In this document: one piece after another, positions 50,570-63,410 of the stretch | Layout of the letters: each line of letters opens with the position of its first letter | How positions within the stretch are numbered: position 1 is the stretch's first letter | Origin: Octopus vulgaris | Lineage: Eukaryota | Direction of reading: 5' to 3' | Assembly (NCBI GenBank): GCA_951406725.2 | Contig: OX597814.1 | Span: 199,144,001 to 199,208,000, forward strand | DNA length: 64,000 bases | Program-made: the position numbers and the translations under genes | Notes under the pieces: generated by a model | The model's database searches: none | What the model saw: the letters and a program-made list of their open reading frames with translations, nothing else | Told to the model about the DNA's origin: nothing

Positions 50570-50606
50570 TGTTTCTGAAGAAGGGCTTTGCTCGAAACGT
50601 TAAACA
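50570..50606 (+). ncRNA. Minimal type I HHR (dimer type), all stems paired
   Basis: tgttt-CTGAAGA-a-gggc ttt gctc-GAAAC-GTT-aaaca: stem I tgttt/aaaca, palindromic AACGTT stem III. Confidence 0.78.
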
Positions 50607-50791
50607 CCCTTTCTTTCCTTCTTTGAGCGTCTTATTAATACTTTATATGTAACACGTTCTCGCGTTGTTGCTTTTTCTTGTATTTTTTCTCCGTTTAATT
50701 GGGTGGGAGAGGATTAATTATACATACATACATACATACATACATACATACATACATACAAACATACATATATATGTGTGTGTGTGTGTGT

Positions 50792-51045
50792 GGAGGCGCG
50801 TGGCTTAGTGGGTACGGTGTCAGCATCATGATCGTAAGATTGTGGTTTCGATTCCTGGACTGGGCGACGCGTTGTGTTCTTGAGGAAAACACTTCATTTC
50901 ACGTTGCTCCAGTCCACTCAGCTGGCAAAAATGAGTAACGCTGCGATGGACTGGTGTCCCGTCTAGCTGGGGAACACATACGCCATTGAAACCGGGAAAC
51001 CGGGCCCATGAGCCTGGCTAGGCTTTAAAAGGGCGCATTTATTTA
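50792..51045 (+). mobile_element. SINE family D
   Basis: Matches the 3016 copy; follows (TG)n. Confidence 0.88.
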
Positions 51046-51056
51046 TTATATATATA

Positions 51057-51160
51057 TATGGCACAGGAAGGTTTTTTGATCCTTTTAGATATTTACATAT
51101 TATATATATATTTGTAATATATACATCTCTAAAAGGTTTGAAAAATCTTCCTGTGCCATA
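51057..51160. repeat. About 104-bp fold-back (mini-MITE-like)
   Basis: tatggcacaggaagg..ccttttaga / tctaaaagg..cttcctgtgccata. Confidence 0.8.
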
Positions 51161-51533
51161 GACTCATAACGCAGGTTTCCGGATTCTGTGAGGTATATAA
51201 TTCTGGTTCGTTGTAGGGTTATTCATTTTTGCCGTCTGGGTGGACTGGAGATGCCCGAAATGAAGCGTTTTGTTCAAGAACACAACGCATTGCGCAGCCC
51301 AAGAATCGAAACATTGCCTTCATGAATGTTAGACCCTAACCACTAAGCCACGCGTATAAACATATATATGAGACATAATATAGTCTGTACTCTTATTCTC
51401 ACACTTGTAAATCTAAACACGTGCGTGCGCGTGCACGAGATCACTTGCATGTGAATGTAGATGCATGTGTGTATTAGTGTATATGTGCATGTATGTCTGT
51501 GTGACAGTGTGTGTGTGTGTGTGTATATATATA

Positions 51534-51874
51534 TTCTTTTATTTGTTTCAGTCATTTGACTGTAGGCATGCTGCAGCAGCGCCTTTAGTTAAACAAATCG
51601 ACCCCAGGAATTATTCTTGGTAAGCCTAGTACCTATTCTATCGGTCTCTTTTGCCGCCCAGCTAAGTTACGGGGACGTGAACAAACCAGCATCGGTTGTC
51701 AAGCGATTGTGGGTGGACAAACACACACACGTATATATGATAGGCTTCTTTCAGTTTCCGTCTACCAAATCCACTCAAGGCTTTGGTCGGCCCGAGGGTA
51801 TAGTAGAAGACACTTGCCGAAGGTGCTACGCAGTGGGACTGAACCCGAAACCATGTGGTTGGTAAGCAAGCTAC
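51534..51874 (-). mobile_element. SINE family C, 5'-truncated
   Basis: Family match. Confidence 0.82.
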
Positions 51875-52309
51875 ATGCCATATACTTGTATGTGTTGTAT
51901 TTTGGAAGGGTCATTTTACCAATAAAAGCACACGCACTGAATCTGTTTGATTTTTTAAAATTATTAACGTGCGTAAACAATTTAACTAATTGAACAGTTA
52001 ACTAATCGATTCCATGATGACTCGTTCGATGATTCAATACAACCGTTAATGTGCCAGAGTCCTTTCGTCAATACTTGCAACCACCTCATTGAAACAGCAC
52101 TGACTACTCGTCTAATAATACTAAAAAGGAGTCGATTGGGACCAGTGCCAATAGGTGTGTTTCTTGTTGACAAAAATGGCCGCCTAGGGATACGGCATTT
52201 GTTTTAATGCTCGATTTCCCTGAAACTATCACGTGTAATACAACGATACATGTGTCTATGCGTATATGTGTGTATATGAGCATAAATTTTTCTGTTTCTG
52301 TGTGTATGA

Positions 52310-52408
52310 ATACATGTATGTATATATATATATATATATTTGTGTATATAAATATACACGTATATATATATATATATATAATATATATTATATACATAAT
52401 AATATTAT

Positions 52409-52457
<49 letters not shown>

Positions 52458-53053
52458 GAGGCGCAATGGCTCAGTGGTTAGGGCAGCGGACTCGCGGTCG
52501 TAGGATCGCGGTTTCGATTCCCAGACTGGGCGTTGTGAGTGTTTATTGAGCGAAAACACCTAAAGCTCCACGAGGCTCCGGCGGGGATGGTGGTGATCCC
52601 TGCTGTACTCTTTCACAACAACTTTCTCTCTTTCACCACAACTTTCTCTCACTCTTACTTCCTGTTTCTGTTGTACCTGTGTCACGCTGAATATCCCCGA
52701 GAACTACGTTAAGGGTACACGTGTCTGTGGAGTGCTCAGCCACTTGCACGTTAATTTCACGAGCAGGCTGTTCCGTTGATCGGATCAACCGGAACCCTCG
52801 TCGTCGTAACCGACGGAGTGCTTCCATATATATTTGTGTATATATATACACGTATATATATATGTATATAATATATATTATATACATAATAATATTATTA
52901 TATATATATATTTGTGTATATATATACACGTATATATATATGTATATAATATATATTATATACATAATAATATTATTATGTATATATATATATATATATT
53001 TGTATATATATATACACGTATATATATATGTATATAATATATATTATATACAT

Positions 53054-53088
<35 letters not shown>

Positions 53089-53421
53089 TATATATATATA
53101 TATCCATGTGTATGTGTACGTATATATATATGTATATATATATATTTGTGTATATATATATATACACGTATATATATATATATATGTATATAATATATAT
53201 TATATACATAATATTCTTATTATTATGTATATATAATATATATATATATGTATACACGTATATATATATATCCATGTGTGTGTATGTGTACGTATATATA
53301 TGTATATATAATACATACATATATATATATATATGCCTGTGTATATGTGTACCTATATATATATATACATACATATATGTATGTGTGTGTATATATATGT
53401 ATATATATATGTATATATATA

Positions 53422-53473
<52 letters not shown>

Positions 53474-53523
53474 AATCCCTGTGTGTATGTGTACCTATAT
53501 ATGCATATATGTGTGTGTGTGTG

Positions 53524-53576
<53 letters not shown>

Positions 53577-53580
53577 CATA
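52310..53580. repeat. AT-rich minisatellite (unit ..tacacgtatata..taatatatattatatacataataat..) interrupted by SINE B
   Basis: Recurrent unit before and after 52457-52825. Confidence 0.85.
52457..52825 (+). mobile_element. SINE family B (tail type 2)
   Basis: Head as at 18667, tail as at 50064. Confidence 0.9.
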
Positions 53581-54523
53581 CATACTTATGTACATAGATA
53601 TACGTACATTTTCATAATGTACATATGCGTAAGTCAGTAAATATGCGTAAATGTATGCCTCCGTGCATGTATGTTTGTATGTTTATAACATAGATACATC
53701 TTTTCTGTTCAAATTTTGCATCACTCATCTTATAAAATAAACAACATTCAAGACGAAACGCTCTCCTTCTTCTACAGAAACATCGCTTTGCTTATAAAAT
53801 TGATTTAGTTTCTATGGATGGGGTCCCTTTAAATAGTCGCTTCACTGCCACACTTTAAAATCCAGCTTAACGATTTAAAATCGACAATCGGATTTTAATA
53901 AATACCATAAAGAAAGTTATTATAGAGAAACAATATATTTATTGCTTTGTAAAATTTTCTTCCCTTTTCACTCATATTTATTAAAGAATTTTTCTTTAAA
54001 TGTTTTATTATTCTTTTCTAAGTAGGTTCAAAAATCATACTTTCATTTTTAAGACATTTGGGAATTGGGCATTGACATTAAAATACATTTTGTTTTTGCG
54101 TTTGTTTAAGACTGAATTAAAAGAAAGTCATATACTGAATAATCTATCGAACAAGAGGAAGCATTGCTTTTCCCCGAGAGAACTTAGTCATAGAATTTGT
54201 GTCATGAGAAACTTGACGTAGGTTAAGTAAATATAAGACAATAATGTTAACACAAAAGCATTGTTACCTCACTTATGTGTTTGTGACTACAAACGCATAC
54301 ACGCACACACACGCATCAACACATACATATATAAACACATACATATATATACATAATAGAATTAACCACAAACATGTATATATATATATATATACACACA
54401 TAATTGAACTACATATATATATATGCATAATTGAATTACATATATATATATATGCATAATTGAATTACATATATATATATATGCATAATTGAATTACATA
54501 TATATATATATGCATAATAGAAT

Positions 54524-54565
<42 letters not shown>

Positions 54566-55117
54566 TAACACACACACACACACACGACGGGCTTATTTCA
54601 ATTTCCGTCTACCAAATCCACTCACAAGACTTTCATCGGCCCGAGGCTATAGTAGAAGGCACTTTCCCAAGGTGCCATGCAGTGGGACTGAACCCAGAAC
54701 CATGTGGTTGGTAAGCAAGCTACTTACCATACACCCATTTAATATAAATTTGAATGATATTTCTCTGTCCGTTACGTTTTTATGTTCGTTAACTCCTCCC
54801 AGACTCTTTGTACAAGGACAACGAGACTGAAACCAGCAACTCCCCTAAATTCAGGGAATGTCCTAAGGGGGTCTATTTTTTCAAAGGCCGCCTAACTGGG
54901 GCACCACTGACCCATCTATTTCTACTGCATTTACCTCGCTCCTACGCTTATTAATTAAACTATGATCAGCATCAGTGCTTAGTACATTTGCAGAAATAAG
55001 CTTCATCAGACAAGGGTAGAGGGCCGCGAAGCGCCCCGATAGTGGGGCCCGAAGGCCTCAAAAGTGCCCTCCGCAAGAAGTAGCCCGAATGCTGCTCGAA
55101 GAGCGGCTTCAAGGCTA

Positions 55118-55175
<58 letters not shown>

Positions 55176-55289
55176 AATGTGTGTGTACTCTTATTCCTTC
55201 CATTCTTTTATAAGTTTCAAACCTAAGGCTGCGGCCATACCGGAGCACCACCAGTGTAATCACCATTTCAGTGGCCAAATCTTATGTGA

Positions 55290-56190
55290 TTGGCCTTTGG
55301 TGAAGGAGGGAGCTGGACACTCCGTTTGAGTGTCCAGCTGCCCTCTTTTTTGAGTGCTGCCCTCTTTTGAGTTCCCTGCCTTGATATAGGCTTATCTGGG
55401 ACCTTGGAAAGTAGGAGGCCAAGTTGTTTCTGGAAAGCATCTATCCCTACTCCATAAAGTTCCCTCAGATGCTTTGGCAAGGCGTTAAATAGTTGTGGGC
55501 CCTTGAATCCCAAGCTACTGCAGTGCATTGTCCCTACTCTAGATGGAATACCTGGGACTTTTGGAACAGTGCTGTGGCTTCCAGTTCGGGGGGTTGTACA
55601 GCAGTCGATGCCAAAGTTTGACGCCAACCCCTCAGGGATCTTCCATACGTATATCACTACATACCTCTCTTGTATTCGCTCCAGAGATCGAACCTGAAGC
55701 TCTTTCAGTCGCTCCCAGTAGCTCAGCTATTCCATTAATGCAATCTTCACAATGTAGAACCGCTGAACTGCCTCAAGTTTTGCTATTAATTTTACACTGT
55801 GGATTGGCCACGGTCAAGACGGCCGAGTGCAAATGTACTATGCAGAACCAGTATAGTTTCCTGGTGCCTTGCTCTGAAGGTTCTCAGAATCCATCCGACC
55901 ATTCACCTGTACATTGCTACCATCTTGATAACATCGACGTGAATCGAGGCATAGTTGCTCATATCAATCCCAGATCACACTGTATGCAACTGTGAGATTA
56001 CCGCTCCTTTTAGTACAAAGTATCATTGTCGCGGCTTGTAAGCACCTTTTAGCTGGTAGCAGAGGGCTTAGAATTTAACTGCATTAAAATTGCATGTTGC
56101 TTTGTTCAGCCCATTTATATATGGCATCGAGGACTTTCTGTAGAAGATTAGCATCAGAAAGTTTCTTGACTGCTTGTACTGATATTATGT
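55290..56190 (-). pseudogene. Decayed CR1-group LINE 3' region
   Basis: LQKVLDAIYKWAEQSNMQF; IYVWKI.EGL..N..GPQLFNALP..R....DAFQKQL..LLSKVPDKP. Confidence 0.85.
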
Positions 56191-56345
56191 ATAATATATA
56201 CAAGGAGATGTACTTACATAGCAAGTAACCTGATCTGAGATCGCGTGCTGAAACAAAAACAATTGCATTGCAACGTGGAAGGTGTTCATAAGCCATTTAA
56301 AAACACACAAAAACCGTTAGATTCACTTCAACATTTAAATTCAAT

Positions 56346-56394
56346 TTGCCAAAATATTTTCGTCGCTTTGAGACCGCGACATGTTCACTAACAA
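56346..56394 (-). ncRNA. Variant HHR motif with G3:C8 swapped core
   Basis: Minus strand ttgtta-GTGAACA-t-gtcgc ggtctcaaa gcgac-GAAA-ata-TTT-tggcaa. Confidence 0.55.
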
Positions 56395-56400
56395 TATTCT

Positions 56401-56573
56401 CGAACACTTAAACACAAGGTTTGTGTTTTGTCAGTTCGTGGGCAGGCTGCGATTGAAGGCGTAAGAGAATATATTCTCATGAATTCACTTGGTGTTTACA
56501 TATAATCTATTACGTCTACAGTGGCAGCCTAACCACGAACTGACAAATCACATATCTTGTCTACATGTGTTCG
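56401..56573. repeat. Fold-back mini-MITE with ~63-bp imperfect arms
   Basis: cgaacac..ttgtcagttcgtgg..aggctgc / gcagcct..ccacgaactgacaa..gtgttcg. Confidence 0.8.
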
Positions 56574-56618
56574 CTGATCAAATAGTTCGTTAGTTTTTAT
56601 AGTCACTAAACTTCTATC

Positions 56619-56930
56619 GGAGGCACATGGCCTAGTGGTTAGAGCAGGGGACTCGCGGTCAAGGGATCACAGGTTCGAATCTCAGACCGGGCGATGTGTA
56701 TGTTTATGAGCGAAACACCTAAGCTCCACGCGGCTCCGGCAGAAGGTAATGGCGATCTTCTGCTGACTCTTTCGCCACAACTTTCTCTCACTCTTTCCTC
56801 CTGCATCTTGCAGCTCACCTGCGACGGACCGGCATCCCGTCCAGGTGGGGAACCTATACGCCAAGGAAACCGGGAAACCGGCCCTAATGAGCCAAGCGTG
56901 GCTCGAGAAGGAACAAGCAACAACAACAAC
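56619..56930 (+). mobile_element. SINE family B variant (tail type 4, (CAA)n end), TSD aaacttcta
   Basis: tRNA head with ggactcgcggtc; flanking direct repeat. Confidence 0.88.
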
Positions 56931-57084
56931 AAACTTCTAGCACTCTAACACTCTAAGTACCTAACTTTAGTCTGACCCTTGAACATGTCCACTTGTTAGA
57001 TACTTGACACTTCATCGTCGTTCCACGCGAACTTGCGACGACACAGTTGTATTTTATGTGCTTGGGGCCACTCTGAAAATTGAG

Positions 57085-58070
57085 AACCAAAACGAACTTT
57101 ATCGATACTTCATGTATTTTTTTTAATTTTGAAAATCTCAAGAATGTGGTGGAACCTGCAAGAAGATATACGCTCTGTACGGACTGGACGCTATTACAGA
57201 ACGTGCGTGCCAGACATGAATTTTAATACTTCGGTCAGGAAATTGTTCATTCTTTTGTCTGATCCGCTAACAGAGATTAACAGCGACAAAAATGAAGGGG
57301 TTAGTTGAGAACCCACCACCACCGTTATACGACTAGAATGATTGCAAATATCCCACAAATATCCAAATCGAGTTTTAAAAATCATCTTCATCACTAGGCT
57401 CGATGTTTGTGTCCCACATCAGTAGAATGGGGCTAATCTCGCCCAACGGTTTTCCGACTGTTGTTTTTTGCAGAAACCTGAAGAAAACGTTTTTTTCCTT
57501 TGAAGAGAATGGTGACAGGAGAGGAAAAATGGATTGTCCGTAACAACGTGAGGTGCAAAGTATCATGAGAGAAGCGCGCTGAGCCACCAAAACAGGACTT
57601 CACTCGAAGGCGACTTTGCTTACAGTTTGGTGGTATTGGAAGGGTCTTGTATTTTACCAAACCCTTTTCGTGGGCTAAACTATCAATTCGGATGTGTACT
57701 GTAACTGTCTGGAGGAATTAAATGCAGAGATCCACCGGAAGCATCTTGTATTCTTTTTATCGTAAGGGCATTGTCCTTCATCACGGTAGTGCGACACCAC
57801 ACACTTAGCAGATGCGGTTGAATTTGCCGGGGCTTGAGGGGGAAGTTTTGCTACTCTCTCCATATTCGAGCGACTGTGCGTTTCCAGCTTTCCACCACTT
57901 TAGGTCTCATGAAAATTCATTGAACGGATAAATTTTGAGCTTTCAAAAGAATGGAAAAATTCACTAGGAAGTGTTTTATGCTAGTAAAGACATGAAATTT
58001 TATGAGCAGCGAATAATGGTTCAACTTATAAGATGCAGGAATGATGCAGGAACTAAACGGTAACTATATC
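57085..58070 (+). pseudogene. Decayed mariner transposase
   Basis: Frameshifted VPHQ, RMVTGEEKWI, TINSDVYC..LEEL, VLHH.., EVL..SPYSSD, FY..K..FY motifs. Confidence 0.85.
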
Positions 58071-58197
58071 GCTGAGTGTTTAAAACTTGTGGTGTATGTT
58101 TTTTTTGTTTTTTTGTCTTCTTACTACTTGGATTATATATATAAATATATAGATAGATATATATATTCAACAGAAATGGTAACACTATAAGAAATAA

Positions 58198-58428
58198 TTA
58201 TTTCTTCATTGCCGACAAGGGGCTAAACGTAGAGAGGACAAACAAGGACAGACAAAGGGATTAAGTCGATCGCATCGACCCCAGTTCGTAACTGGTAGTT
58301 ATTTAATCGATCCAAAAAGGATGAAAAGTAAAGTCGACCTCGGCGGAATTTGAACTCAGAGCGTAGCGACAGACGAAATACCGCTAGGTATTTCGCCCGG
58401 CGTGCAAATGATTCTGTCAGCTCGCCGA
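58198..58428 (-). mobile_element. SINE family A monomer
   Basis: Family match; flanked by repeated tataagaaata. Confidence 0.88.
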
Positions 58429-58444
58429 CTTACAATATAAGAAA

Positions 58445-58760
58445 TATGAATTATTTAGATATCAACTAGGAATTAAGGATAATAATGAAATATGTACTGA
58501 CATTTATAATAAAACAGAAGATTTTGGTTTCGAAGTGGCTTAAATGCCATGGTTCAGTAGTAAAATTCCTTCTTTTATTGGTTATGGTGTTTTTTGCAGG
58601 ACAAACTGTTAGATATAGTTCTATTATTAATAATGCTAATAAATTTTTGGAAAGAATAAACAGTTAGACATTTAGTTAAACAAGGGTATAAATATGGTAC
58701 ATTGGTTAAAACTTTTAATCGCTGTTTAGGTGGGCAACTTGAAATTTCAAATAAATATGG
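58445..58760 (+). pseudogene. Penelope-like element RT C-terminal fragment
   Basis: YLDI..ICTDIYNKTEDFGF..MPWFSSKIPSFIGYGV..GQTVRYS..FLER..LVKQGY resembles the PLE YDKRDDF..P...SNIP....YGV..SQL.RY motif. Confidence 0.7.
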
Positions 58761-59313
58761 GATAATATCTAGTCTTCAACTTGGCTAATATTTGTAAGGA
58801 CTTTGAAGGTTTATGATTCGAGTTATTTGCTTACTACGTCACTGGTATTGTTTAAGACAATTGAGTAAGTCGTAATTACGCACTACGTCATCAATATTTA
58901 AGTTGGTCCTTTTAATTCTTGGTGATGGAACCACGTGCAGATAAAACAGGTAAGTGTTAATACTTGCAGTTTAAATAGTTTTAAACACAGCAAGGTTTTT
59001 AGATAATAGTTAATTACAAGTACTTTTATTAGTTCCTATTTGATAAAATTAAAGTTTATTAGTTACTGTAATTAATTGTAGTGGTGATATATTAATGAGT
59101 ATGTAGTGTTTTTTTTTATTGACTTTTGAATGATGAAATAATATATTTCACTCATAATCATTATATTATTATTTAAGCTAATTTCAGTCGTATTTGTTTT
59201 GTTTTGGAGATATTTATATAAAGCTTTAACTTTTATTATGAAAGACTGGTTGGATTATTATTTGTATGGACTTAAAGATTGGTCGCGACTCAGCATATCA
59301 TTTAGTTATTACA

Positions 59314-59564
59314 TTTCGTTCTTGGATTTAGTTTGCAAGATTCTTTATATGAGTTTGTGGGTTGAAGCATATTCTGTTGTGTCTGGGGAGAGTCATTTTC
59401 TTTTAGTGCCTTATAATTTAACACACTCACCGGTAAAATTTCCACATATTTCTTATTTTTATTTTCCTAAAATTTTCGTTGTGTCTTGCAACCTCGGACA
59501 GAGTCAAGACTATTGAAAAGGTTACAAGACGCAACGAAAATTTTAGGAAAATAAAAATAAGAAA
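59314..59564. mobile_element. Penelope-like fold-back insertion (same family as 27241), TSD ttag(t/a)tattaca
   Basis: 59448-59494 is inverted at 59519-59565. Confidence 0.75.
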
Positions 59565-60050
59565 TTAGATATTACAGTTTACTATTAATACCGATACAAC
59601 GTACATTGGTTTATATGTTTCTTTATTGTAGTTTTATAAAAGTTGGCGTTTAATACTGCCTATAAATTGATTGACTGAATGAACGTAGAGATTAAGCTTT
59701 CACTTTTCTCTATACCATGTAAGACGGTAGGGATTATAAGTTTTGTATGACTTAATGGATTGGTCGCTGTTTAGTTACGTATTTAGAAGTTGGTTGTAAT
59801 TTACTCGTTGAATTTATTTAACGATACTTTTGTACGTAGAGTAAATGTGTTTGTAGGAGGCGCAATGGCCCAGTGGTTAGTTGTTTTATTTACTCAAGCC
59901 CTAATTCTACGTAGCTCTTGCGGGTGCCGCCGATATACGAAGTTCCCAGTCTTATCGTTAAAGGCACGAAACTGGGTATTAGTATTTTTGGTTGATAACT
60001 GATGAAGAATTATGGTCCTTGTGCCTGTCCTACGTGTCCCTTTTGTAGTA

Positions 60051-60367
60051 TTTATAGAATGACTCAACACCACGCATCCCGACTTTTGTTAACAGTAAGT
60101 TTGTGTGTGTGTGTGTGTGTATATATATTTATAGCTATCGGCCGGCTTTCCTCGATTTCAGCTCTTCGTGTTTTTTTCTGTAGCGAGTAAATAATATGTG
60201 GGAATTGGCGATTTAAAAGTCTGTTATCAGCATATTGGCATAGAAATAATTTTCTTTAGCCCTTATTTCTAAGTTGTTTATAATTTTAACCTTAAAGGTA
60301 TTTTAATATGCTGCCACATTTTTTGATGGAATTTTTTTCTGTAAAAAGACTTCATCCTATATTAGTA

Positions 60368-60408
<41 letters not shown>

Positions 60409-60769
60409 CATACATACATACGTTAGACTTCTTTCACTGTTTTACTAAATATTAGTTCACGCACGTGACCCCTTAAATTACAGATACAATTCATTTTTGC
60501 CAACTGACATTTCGTGAAATAATGTCTTACTTAAGTACACAATGCGCTGCCGGGTGTCGAACAGACGACCTTAGAATTGTGAGCCAAATATCCTAACCAA
60601 TAAACCAGGCGCTTTCGTTATTTTATATTTGCATGTAACCATAAAATCACACATCATACACATACAAATTAAACGTTCAGCGATTTTAATCTTAACTGGC
60701 TCAGATGGCCATTCCAATGGCTTTGTCAATGCCGCTGCCAACTGACAAAACAATCACACCCACGCACTT

Positions 60770-60800
<31 letters not shown>

Positions 60801-61776
60801 AGGATACAATAATATTCGAGTCGGTGCTACATCATAAAACCCATCGATTTTTCTCTGGATCCTTATCAAAAATACTTCACTGAGTATTTGTAAGTGTCTG
60901 TTTCTCTCTCGCTCTCTCTCTCTCTCTCTCTGTATGTGTGTGTGTTTGTGTGTTTGTTTCTCTGTGTGTATGTATGTATGAATTATGTAGGTATGCAGGC
61001 ATGTATATATGTATGTATGTATGCATGTATGTAAGCATGCGTGTATGTATGCAAGCATGTGTGTGTATGTATGTATGTATGTGGAAAAATCTGGAACTGC
61101 CAGAATATAGTGGGTGTAAAGAAGAATCCCATGATAAATAAGAATGTATATGAGGGTTTGTTGGAATAGTTCGTTAAGTTGATTTGCAGTGGGGAATCAG
61201 ACATACTTTCTTCCGAAAGAGAAACAAGGAGGAGGAGGAGGAGGAAAATACATGTGTTAACACCTTGATCGCTATACGAATGAAAAGAATATACTAAAGG
61301 AGTTATGTGGAGGAACAGAGGTGAGAGGTGGCAAACCAGTGAGACGTGGTGTGAGTACTGTACTATTTGAACAATGGGGAGGGGAGGAAATAAATCAGGG
61401 GTTCAGATTGGATGTGAAATGCAGAATAAAATGAATTTGGAGCGTGTATTCAGACCATGCAGTACAGAAGTTCGTTGGGTGAAAATAAGGCGTCAATCTT
61501 GTATTTATTGATTGTGATGCATTTTATTGTGAGCAAAATTACCCGAATCAAACCCTATACTTAGCTCTGTCATGAAGCCAAGGGCTTATCAGACCGGAGC
61601 TTAACATAGTTTACAACACTCCCCACAGAACGGCGCGTTGTGTACCTAAGTAAGACATTATTTCACGTAGTGTCAGTTGGCAAAAATTAGTTTTATCTGT
61701 AATTCAAGGGGACACGTGCGTGAACTAATATTTAGTAAAACAGTGAAAGAGGTCTAACGTATGTATGTGTATATGC

Positions 61777-61816
<40 letters not shown>

Positions 61817-62117
61817 TAATATAGGATGAAGTTTATTTACAGAAAAAAATTCCATCAAAAATGTGGCAGCATATTAAAATACCTTTAAGGTAAAAATTAT
61901 AACTTATAAATAAGGGCTAAAGAAAATTATTTCTATGCCAATATGCTGATAACAGACTTTTAAATCGTCAATTTCCACATTATTTACTCGCTACAGAAAA
62001 AAACACGAAGAGCTGAAATCGAGGAAAGCCGGCTGATAGGTATAAATATATATATACACACACACAAACTTACTGTTAACAAAAGTCGGGATGCGTGGTA
62101 TTGAGTCATTCGATAAA
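60051..62117. repeat. Inverted duplication, arms 60051-60549 and 61631-62117
   Basis: High-identity reverse-complement match that includes unique sequence and microsatellites. Confidence 0.9.
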
Positions 62118-62924
62118 GCCAGTCCTTCGTAGCTATAAATCATTTACACTTGAATGAAGTAATGAGGAATGAAGTGTTTTGCTAAAAAAAAAAAAAAATT
62201 AAATGGGTACACCCGAGTAAGAAACCACGATCTTGCGACAGAGTATGCACTTCTAACAAGCACTAGGCCACGCGCCTTCCCCTTAGACATCATACTTGTA
62301 ATATATTCTGTTTAACCGAGGTCGATTTTGCCTTTCATCCTTTCAGGATCGATAAATTAACAGTTGCGTACTGGGGTTGATCTAATCGACTGGCCCACTT
62401 CCCAAGAATTTCGAGCCTTGTGCCTAAAGTAGAGAAGAATATATTGTATTTAACCGAGGTCGAACTTTGCCTTTCGACCTTTCGGGGTTGATAAATTAAG
62501 TACCAGTTACGTAATGGAGTCGATCTCATCGATCGGCCCCCACCTCAAAAATTTCAGGTTTTGTGCCTAGAGTAGAAAAGAATATATTCTATTTAATGAG
62601 CCAACGGATGTATCTCTGTTTGTCGTTCCATTTGCTGAAAATAGCATCCAAATATTTAGCAAATATTAACCTACGTTAAAAGAAAGGTCGCTATAGACAA
62701 TATAGTCCTTTCTAACAATGTATCCAGATAAAAGAAGGGTTGATTTCCGCTTGAAGAATGTTGTTTTCTCGTTGCAGTACCTGTTCAATCAGGGGTGACC
62801 GGGGACTAAAATATTCCTTCTACTATACACACAAGACCTTATTTGAATTTAGTGAGAAGGGGCCATCTATTTCATACACTCAGTACTTGAGTGGTACTTA
62901 TTTTTTCGACCTCAAAAGCAGTAC

Positions 62925-63410
62925 ATTTTTATCGACCCCGAAAGGATGAAAGGCAAAGTCGACCTCGGCAGAATATGAACTCAGAACGTATAGATGGAAA
63001 TACCTATTTCTTTACTACCCACAAGGGGCTAAACACAGAGAGGATAAACAAGGACAGACAAACGGATTAAGTCGATTATATCGATCCCAGTGCGTAACTG
63101 GTACTTATTTAATCGACCCCGAAAGGATGAAAGGCAAAGTCGACCTCGGCGGAATTTGAACTCAATGTAAAGACGGACGAAATACCTATTTCTTTACTAC
63201 CCACAAGGGGCTAAACACAGAGAGGACAAACAAGGACATACAAACGGATTAAGTCGATCATATCGAATCCAGTGAGTAACTAGTACTTATTTAATCGACC
63301 CCGAAAAGATGAAAGGCAAAGTCGACCTCGGCAGAATTTGAACTCAGAACGTAGCGGGAGACGGAAGACCGCTAAGCATTTCGCCCGGTGTGAAAACGAT
63401 TCAGCCAGCT
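62925..63410 (-). mobile_element. SINE family A array, head plus about 2.4 units
   Basis: tacctatttc junctions at 63001 and 63183. Confidence 0.88.
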
